Part shown: piece by piece, positions 55,132-64,000 of the stretch
Layout: each line of letters opens with the position of its first letter
Numbering within the stretch: the stretch's first letter is position 1
Origin: Vicugna vicugna
Taxonomy: Eukaryota
Length of the DNA: 64,000 bases
Direction: 5' to 3'
NCBI GenBank assembly: GCA_013265495.1
Contig: MU058294.1
Span: 1-64,000 of the forward strand
Position numbers and translations under genes: made by a program
The notes under the pieces: generated by a model
Databases searched by the model: none
The model's input: only the letters and a program-made list of their open reading frames with translations
Told to the model about the DNA's origin: nothing

Positions 55132-58100
55132 AGACACTATGTTGGTAGTGAACTTAGAACCCCAATCACCCCCATTCTCCTACTGAACTTCAGATAACCG
55201 GTTTTCAGTCAAGTCCAGTAAAGTATGAAGAACATGTGAGACACCTTCATTCCTGATGAGCTGCATCAGGAAACTAATGCTGGAATACACTCTGGAACTA
55301 GTGGCTGTAAATACATACTGATATAGCTGAAGAAGTAGAAAAGGGTATGAAGCAGTTTGCTGTTAATAAATTACTACTAACAGATACCCTGTTAATCTAC
55401 TCTCTTCTCACAATTCAAAATTTGTTAGAAATTATCAGGGAGAAAACTGTCCATGAGTAAACTTTCCAAGGTGTCATTATGAAACTTTCAAACATACAGG
55501 AGTGCTTAAAAAGTACAATGAATATGCCTTTACCACCCTACCCTCCACCTAGTTTAAAAGCTAACAGTTTGTCGTATTTGGTTTATCTTCCTATAAAGCA
55601 ATTTTCAATAGAACCATACTATGACCTCACCTTCTAAAGTAAGTCATGTAATAAATACATTTTCAGGTTTTCCCAGTTGTCCCAAGATTGACTTTAATAG
55701 TTTTTCCTTTTTATCTAGAGTCAACTCTAGGTTCACAAGTTAAATTTGTTGATATGTCAGTTTAGTCTAGTTTAGTTCTTCACCTTTTTTTTTTTTTATC
55801 CCATGACTTTCTTTTTTGAGTCCCTGCAGTTGACTTGTAGGATGTTCCATATTTTGGATCATTGTCCTTGTTTCCTACCGTTGTTATTTAATTTACTCTG
55901 CCATCTACACTGCAAAGTAAGTGTAGAGAGTAGATTAAGTTTGTGTTAAACAACTTTGCAAGAATATTTCATAAATGATATAAAGTATTTTGTGCTGTCA
56001 TTCATCAAGGCACATACTGATACCATGAGGCTAAATTTGATCATATGATGACTGTCCACCCTATCATTTTAAGGTCCTTTTTTATTCTGATAATTAGAAA
56101 GTAATCTGTGGAGTGACTCTAACCTCTTCTTGGAAATTTACATTTTATTTGTTTGATTCAAAGAGAAAACCAGAATTAAAACAGGATACCACTCAGAGAT
56201 GAATGACAATGAGTTGCTACATAACAAAACCTGAATGGGGTGACCAAAGTCATCTTAGAGGAGCATTAACACCCTTTAACAAATGCGGGAATCAAGATTT
56301 AGTGCCAGAAGATTTTTTGCTTAACAGTCATCATTCAACAATTGACATCATTGCCCCACATGATTACACTATTATAATCTTACTTCTGGAATAGTATCGT
56401 CGCATAGTGACACTTGCTAAAACTGATGATGTAATCCAAACCTAAGAAATCAGGAAAAGATCGAATTAACTAAAGTGGAAGGAAACAGTTTATATAGTTA
56501 AAATTAGAAGTTAATGGAAGAAGAAATAAAACTTATCTAATTAATTTTCATGGTGAAACACCAATCTAAACTAGACTTCTAAATTTGATCAATGTAAAGA
56601 TGAGAAATACAACATTAATAAGATAGCATACATATATTTATGGAGAGCTTACAAATAATGGTAGTACTATATATAGAAAACATTTTCTTTATAATTGACT
56701 CAAGATGAGGCAGAAATCTGCATTGTCCAATAAATATGGCAGGAAAATGAAAATTTGGTCCAGCCCTCTTTTAAAAACAATACTTAAATAAATCGTCAGG
56801 TAAAAACTGCAGGGATAATCTCTAAGAGAATTTTACAAGTTCATTCTAGAAGGGTAACCATCTAAACACTGGATGAGGATAGTTTCTAAAAAATCTAGAT
56901 GATTATGAATATTAAAGCAAATATCCTAAGGAAAATACTAGCAAAATGAAACCAAATGTGGAAGAAATCCTGACTATAGAGGCAGAACTTTGTTTTGCTT
57001 ATCAGTCACCATTCAGAAATTCACATCATTGTGCCACATGCTTGCACTCTATTTCCAGCTCCTTAAGCATGATGCATCCAAACTTAAGAAGTTAAAAAAA
57101 AAAAAAAGAGAGCCAGTACTAGTTAAGATAGACTTACCACGTTCCACCCTGCCTCTCCCACTGAATGTAATTAAAATCATTGGCAGAATGGATGAGGTGG
57201 CTGAGAAAACTGAAAAATAAATGTTAGCAGGCAGACTGGGAAGGAAACCAGAACTTGGAAGTCTGACTGACCTGGTGGTGTCCTCATCTGGACTAAAATA
57301 ACCTGAATCCCAAACCTGTAAGTCAGACTTGGATAGAAAGAGCTCCTTGAGAAGCTATCTCTGGTTGGATGAGTCGGAGAAGGAGCTTTTGTGGGGCAGA
57401 GAAAGCAGAATAAATCCATGTTGTTTTTGTTGTTTTCTTTCTGGTCTCACTCCAGGCAAAAACTAGTCCTGAAAGCTGCAGTCCTGGAGTGGGTGGGTGA
57501 TGATAGCAGTAGCTACAAGTACTTAAGCCCTAAGGAATGGGAGTCCTATGCTAGGAAATCCCATTGCTTTTCCCCTCTTCATTCTCTTGCTGCTTGGCAA
57601 TGAAGGGAAGTTACACAGTAGAATGGGAAGACTGATGCTCTGTTGCTCTGACTAGATCCAGGAAGGGGACCTCGGGGAACTGAAGAGTTCTAGGGATATA
57701 GAGGAGAGAAGGCAACTCAAGTCAGGGATCCTTTAAGTATATGAACTTCAGGGTGCACATGTGTGGATCTGGCACTAGGCAGCATACCAATGGCCTTCAG
57801 AACTGAACCAGGAGGCAGACCATCAACAAGGTCTCAGAGTTGGTACAGGGTGAAGCACATGCAAGATAAAGCACAACAACGCTGTAAATGCTTTGCAGAC
57901 TGAACTGACATTGGAACCTCAGGGCACAGAAAGTAGTTTGAAACTTGGGTATTTTTTCTTTAATGGGAAGTATAGTTGATTTACAATGTTGTGTTAGTTT
58001 CCGATGTACAGCATAGTAATTCATGGAATTTGCATATTGAATCTAAATAAACTGCCTGCTAAAACAAAGAAACTAAAATTATGTCCTCCACAGAATTTAA

Positions 58101-59445
58101 GCTGGACCCAGAGAATCAAATTGTTCAAAAATTCTAGAAAACAATAAAAATGTGTTCTACATACAAAGAAATAGGACAATTTTAACAACTCACAATGGAA
58201 AAGAAAGACACCAATACTGAGATGACTCATATGTTAGAATTACCAAAGACTTTCAAACAGCTATTATAACCATGATCCAAGAAGTAAAGGTGAACTCTTG
58301 AGAGAATATATAAGCAGAGAAATAGAACTATAAAAAAGAATCAAAAGGAAATTAAGTATTTTTAATCTTACTTTTTAAAATCATGTATGCTTCAGGTGTA
58401 CAAAAGGAAATTTCAGAACTGGAAAATATAATAATGAAAATTAAAACTTACTTGATAGGCTCAGTAAAGTGGAGAAAACAGAAGATTTAGTGAAATGACC
58501 TGAGATCAACAAAAATTATCCAATAAAAGAGGGAGAGAGAGAGGAAGAGACAGAGAGAGACAGAGATTGAGAACAAGACTCAACAAAGTTTCTGAGACCT
58601 GAAGGACAATACCAGAAGGTTTAACATTTGTGTCACTGGAATTGGGAAAGGAAGACAGTGCCTTGAATAACAGAATTTCTCATCAGAAAGTACAAAGGCC
58701 AAAGGGTAGTGAAACATTTTTTAAGTGCTTTAAGGAAAGAAATGTCAACTCCAGATTTTATCCAGTGAAAATAATTATCAGGAGTGAAGGGTAAATAAAA
58801 GATATTCTTAGATAAAGGCAAACCAAGACAGTTTGCTACCTGCAGCTAAATGAAGCTCTTTGGATGAAAGGGAAATGATACCAAAGGAAAACGAAACTTC
58901 AAAAATAAGAGCAACAGCAATGGCAAATTGCCATGTAAGTAATAATTTTTTCTTTTTATGATTAAAATATTTACTGTGATAAAAAGCAAGGTGTGTTAAT
59001 ATTGTCTGATGGGGTCTGCAATATATGTACATATAGTATGATAATCGTAACATCTAAAGAGGGGAAGCTAAAGGGAAATATATGGTGGTAGGATTTCTTT
59101 ATTCAACATGCAATGGTAAAATGTTAATTCAAAATATGTTGTATTATAAATTATATGTATTATGTGTATTATAACCCCAAGGAACCACTAAAGAAAATTA
59201 ACAGAAATAATAAAAAGCAAAATAGATAAATTAAAATGGAATAAAAAATATTCAAATGAAAAAAAGGAAACAGAGGAATTAAGAGAGAGGTGACAGAAAA
59301 AAGATGTCAGAACTAAAACCAAATATATCAGTGTTACCTATATCTATAAAATGTAAATGGTTTAAAACCAATATTAATACACTGTCAAACTGGATTTTTA
59401 AAGACCCTAACTAAATGTTGTCCATCATAAAGTGGCTTTAATATA

Positions 59446-60190
59446 GAGGCATACCTCAGAGATATTTTGGGTTCAGTTCCAGACCACCATAGTAAAGCAA
59501 ATATCAGCATACAGTGAGGCACACACATTTTTTGGTTTTCCAGTATGTTATGTTCATACTATAGAAGTTATGTTTCTACTATACTGTAGTTGAACAAGTG
59601 TGCAATAGCATTATATCTAAGAAAACAATGAACATACCTTAATTTAAAAATGCTTTAATGCTAATAAATGCTAACCATCATCTGAGCCTTCAGTGAGTTG
59701 TAACCTTTTTGCTGGTGGAGGGTCATGCCTCCATGTTGCTGACTGATCAACATGGTGGTGCTGGTTGCTGAAGGCTGAGGTGGCTGTGGCAGATGTCTTA
59801 CAAGAAGAACAGTGAAGTTTGCTGCACCAATGGACTCCTCCTTTCATGAACAATTTCTCTGTAGCATGCAGTGTTGTTTGATAGCATTTTACCACAGTAG
59901 AACTTCTTTCAAAATTGGAGTCAGTCTTCTCAAACCCTGTCGTTGAAATAAGTTTATGTAGTATTCTAAATATTTTGTTGTCACTTCAACAGTCTTCACA
60001 GCATCTTCACCAGGAGTAGAGTCTGTCTTAAGAAATCACTTTCTTTGCTCATCCAGGAGAAGCAACTCTTCATCCGTGAACGATTTATCATGTGATTGAA
60101 GTAATTCAGTCATATCTTCAGGCTCTAGCTCTTTTGCGCCAGTTAGCCAAGTTGTGAATGCAAAGGAAAAATTCTTGAAGGAAATTAGAA
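59446..60190 (-). mobile_element. Tigger1 fragment (3' end) followed by a short oppositely oriented Tigger1 piece
   Basis: TA then gaggcatacctcagagatatt...ttccagaccacc terminal sequence; 60127-60190 resembles the recalled sense-strand Tigger1 interior. Confidence 0.8.
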
Positions 60191-62034
60191 TATAGATCCT
60201 GTAATCTTAACTTACTTGTAGCTGTTTTATTCTAATATGTTCATCCTGCCTACACTCAAAAAAACCCAAAACAAAACCTCTAGACATAAATACTGTTTGT
60301 CAAGGCTAAATTTCACAAAGTTCTGTCCAGTCAGACAAAGCATTTTTTACCTTACGTCCCTTTCAAGTCTAAATTTTTATCATGTCTGATTTCCCTCATC
60401 ACCCACTGTCCTGTTTTAACTCTGAAATTATCTGCAAGACCAGGACTGACAAGTGTCCCCATTTACCATCCACTGGCAGTTGCTGCCCCTTTCTATAGGC
60501 CAGGGGGCCTGTTGACCAGCCAGTTCCCTACTTACTTAGATAGTTTACAGTTCTACTGAATGGTGGGGGTTGGGTGCTTATTTAAATTTCTACTGAATTT
60601 TAGTGCACACAGTAACTCCATGTTCATAGTAAATACTGGTTATGAATAATCCTCAAGAAGGGTCTTTAGTAGCTGTTCAAATTGCTGATATCATAGAGAA
60701 GAGTCTATAGATGGTATTTATCTTAGCAGATTTCCAGTTCTTATACATCAAAATCTCCAGTGACTTTTCACTTGGGATTTTCAGAGACCCACATCTCCTG
60801 TGAGATAAATCAAGGTATAAAAGGCCCATTTTATATAGGATTACATTATACACAGGCTTACTTACATATATTTTTCCTAATTCTATTAGATTGACTCTTA
60901 CACTCCCAAATTTTATTTAGCTATGCAACTTCTCAACTTTTTTCTTTAGTATAAATTCTTTGATGTTGAATAAGGTGTAAGCTATTGTTAGAAGTACCCC
61001 TATAATCATAACTAAAGGGTTCCCTCCAATATGAATTCTCTGGTTTTGTGTAAGGTTTAAGCCACAGCTGAGGTCTTTCTACATTTATTACACTTAAATA
61101 TTCATCTACAAGTCTTCTCACAATTGTAACAGTATAAGGATTTCTTTTTAGTAGGAATTCTCCAGTTGAATGACTGTTAAAAGACCTTTCTCCACTTGAA
61201 TTACAGAGCTGTTACTCTCCAGAGTGAATCATCTCGTGTTGAGAAAAGTCTGAGAGATGTTTGGCAGTATCTACTATAACTGAAAAATCTTTACATATAC
61301 CTTGGACTGAGTAGCTGCAGTCTTCATATAAAATCAACAGAAATATAAACACACACACATGCACACAAAGACATATACAAGTATATTTATAGCAGTATTT
61401 TTATTACAACACAAAATTATAAAAAATAGAAATAACAATAAGAGGATAAATAGCAGTATATTCTTAAAATGAAATAGTATACAGAATGACAATGGATACA
61501 CTATTGCCACATGCAATAATGCATGAATCTTAAAAATACTGAGAGAAACAAGACACAAAAGAATTCATAATGTATCATAAAATATATATTAAGCTTAAAG
61601 CCATGCAAAAACTACTTCATGTTAAAAGCCAGGGAAGTGTAATCTTTGAGGAAGTAACAACTACTTTTTACTCCAGAGTGCAATCAGAAATATACTTCCT
61701 ATTTTTTTCCTCTTATGGAGACTGATGCTTATAACCATTTTGTATCTTACCTCTGTATGTATTATATAAACATTTAAAAAAATAAACTGAGTCAGCAGGA
61801 GAACGTGAAAACTTAAAAAATTAGCTTCATTGCTGATCGAGTTCAGTATCAATAATCTTACCCATTTTATATGCTAGTAAACAGTAGATAAATAGTTACG
61901 TGGTGTTGTACTTCAATAATTATTACTATATTTGTGGTTAAAATTACCTTATTAACATGTTTAAGCATGCTTTTTTTAAAAAAAAACTAAAGTTTTACAA
62001 TAATTTAGGCTTCACAAAGAAATCATATCATTTA

Positions 62035-63755
62035 TTATTGCATTTCCATGTTTTCTCCCTTGTGAGTTCTCTGATGGACAATGAGGTTTCTCTTATAACT
62101 GAAGGACTTCCCACACTCATTACAAATATAGGGTTTCTCCCCTGTATGAGTTCTCTGATGTACAATGAGATTCGTTTTCTGGCGAAAGCACTTTCCACAT
62201 TCATTACACTTATATGGTTTCTCTCCTGTATGAGTTCTTTGATGATGAATGAGATATGACTTCCTGCTAAAGGCTTTCCCACACTGAGGACATTCATAGG
62301 ATTTCTGCCCTGTATGTATTTTCTGATGTACGGTGAGGGTTGCTTTCTGGCGAAAGGACTTCCCACACTCATTACAAATATAGGGCTTCTCTCCTGTGTG
62401 AATTCTCTGATGTAGATTGAGATTTGTCTTCTGACTGAAGGATTTCCCACATTCATTACATTCATATGGTTTCTCTCCTGTGTGAGTTCTGTGATGATCA
62501 ATGAGGTAAGACTTCATTCTAAAGGCCTTCCCACAGTGAGGACATTCATAGGATTTTTCCCCTGTATGTGTCCGCTGATGTGCTACGAGGGTTGTCTTCT
62601 GGCGGAAGGATTTTCCACATTCATTACAAATATAAGGTTTCTCCTCATTATGAGTCTTCTCATGAAGCGCGAGGGTTGTCTTCTGGGAGAAGGATTTCCC
62701 ACATTCGTTACAAATATAGGGCTTTTCCCCTGTGTGAGTTCTCTGATGTACAGTAAGGTTTGCCTTCTGGTGAAAGGACTTCCCACATTCTTTACAAATA
62801 TAGGGTTTCTCTCCTGTATGAATTCTCTGATGTAAGGAGAGTGTTGTCTTCTGGCGGAAAGACTTCCCACAGTCATTACACTCATATGGTTTCTCTCCTG
62901 TGTGAGTTCTCTGGTGGCGAATGAGGTGTGACTTTAACCTGAAGGCATTCCTACATTGTGGACATTCATATGATTTCTCCCCTGTATGTGTTCTCTGATG
63001 ATCACTGAGGGCTGTTTTTAGGCGGAAGGACTTGCCACATTCATTACAAACAAAGGGTTTCTCTCCTGTGTGAGTTCTCTGATGATCAATGAGATATGAC
63101 TTCCTTCTAAATGAATTTCCACACTGATGACATTGATAGGGTTTTTCCTCTGTGTGAATTCCCTGATGCAGAATCAATACTGACTTCCTGCAGAAGGACT
63201 TCCCACATTCAGTGCACGTATGCTTTTTTTCAATATTGGTTACTCTTCTCCTTTTAGTATGTTCAGATGGGTTTTCCCTTCTGTAAGCTCTATTATGTGT
63301 AATTAAGCCTCCTTTTTTAAGGAATGATTTCTCACAGTCACTATATCCAAATGACTGTGCTGGAGTCTCCACCTTATGATGTTGCATAAGCACTTCACTA
63401 TGACTGACAGTCCTGCCACGCGGATTAGGGGTTTTGACTCCAGAGTAAGCTGTCTCCGGCTTTGTAGTGAGGAGTGATTTCCCATATCCATTATACTCAC
63501 TAAGTCTCTTCCGTGTAGGACTTAGATTACTGATGATTAACTCTGAAACATTTTTAAAAATCTTTCCGTGAGTGTCATATTCAGGAGGTAGATTTGTTGA
63601 ATTGATAGGGTTTTTGCTTAAAGTAAATGTCTTTTCATAGGTATTACTCTTCTCCTTAATCAGTTTTTTGTGGTTGATTAATGCAACTGATCTAGAATAC
63701 TCATCTTGTTGTTCCTTGAATTTCACTAAAAAGTCTTCAGCTTTCCAGCTTTCTT
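62035..63755 (-). CDS. ZNF567: KRAB zinc finger protein 567, last coding exon (spacer + 14 intact C2H2 fingers); KRAB exons lie beyond the window
   Basis: Open frame with 14 CX2CX12HX3H fingers and TGEKP-type linkers. The spacer ([24 protein letters not shown]...) and C-terminus (HKGENMEMQ) match the ZNF567 sequence as I recall it. Acceptor tcttttctag|AAGAAAGC on the - strand at 63756/63755 (phase 1); the ORF-track start is a GTG inside the exon. Confidence 0.93.
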
Positions 63756-64000
63756 CTAGAAAAGAATATAATTAACAACAGTTTGTGAATCTTCACACAA
63801 TTGCCATGGAAAGGAATTGCAATAGGGCCTAGTATATGAGGCCAAAAAGGACCAAGAACAAATTATTCCTTGCCTGGGAAAAGACAAGAACCAAAATAAA
63901 AACTCTGCTTCATTGTGGAAAAAGATGAAAAGTAAGTAATGAACACCAGGAACATTTCCACCTTGCACCAGAACTTCACACAGAAAGTGAAACGAACGCA

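Noticed and set aside
61957..63500. Overlapping alternate-frame and antisense ORFs in ZNF567
   Set aside because: By-products of repetitive finger codon usage.

Overview
Mammalian genomic DNA, probably camelid given the recurrent Vic-1-like tRNA-derived SINE, from a KRAB zinc-finger cluster that appears syntenic with human 19q13.12. Gene and repeat names are from recall, not database searches. In order, the window holds: (1) a + strand ZNF850-like gene with intact start, KRAB-A and KRAB-B exons but a frameshifted, stop-disrupted finger exon (2986-26494); (2) an ~11 kb nest of class III (ERV-L/S-like) retroviral relics, with a + element carrying pol and a gamma-type env remnant abutting a - element that lacks RT, plus a nested solo LTR and L1 insertions (26781-37957); (3) an old L1 whose ORF1-ORF2 spacer is occupied by an inverted copy of nearby DNA; (4) an orphan CpG-island promoter lying between those inverted repeats; (5) an 882-N gap flanked by a probable false duplication; (6) a second decayed finger exon split by an L1 (52624-54490); and (7) the intact last coding exon of ZNF567 on the - strand (62035-63755). 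The rest is mostly L1, L2, MIR, SINE and DNA-transposon debris. I see no demonstrably new functional system. The best leads are the env-bearing class III ERV, a possible 130-aa KRAB-only protein and the orphan promoter.
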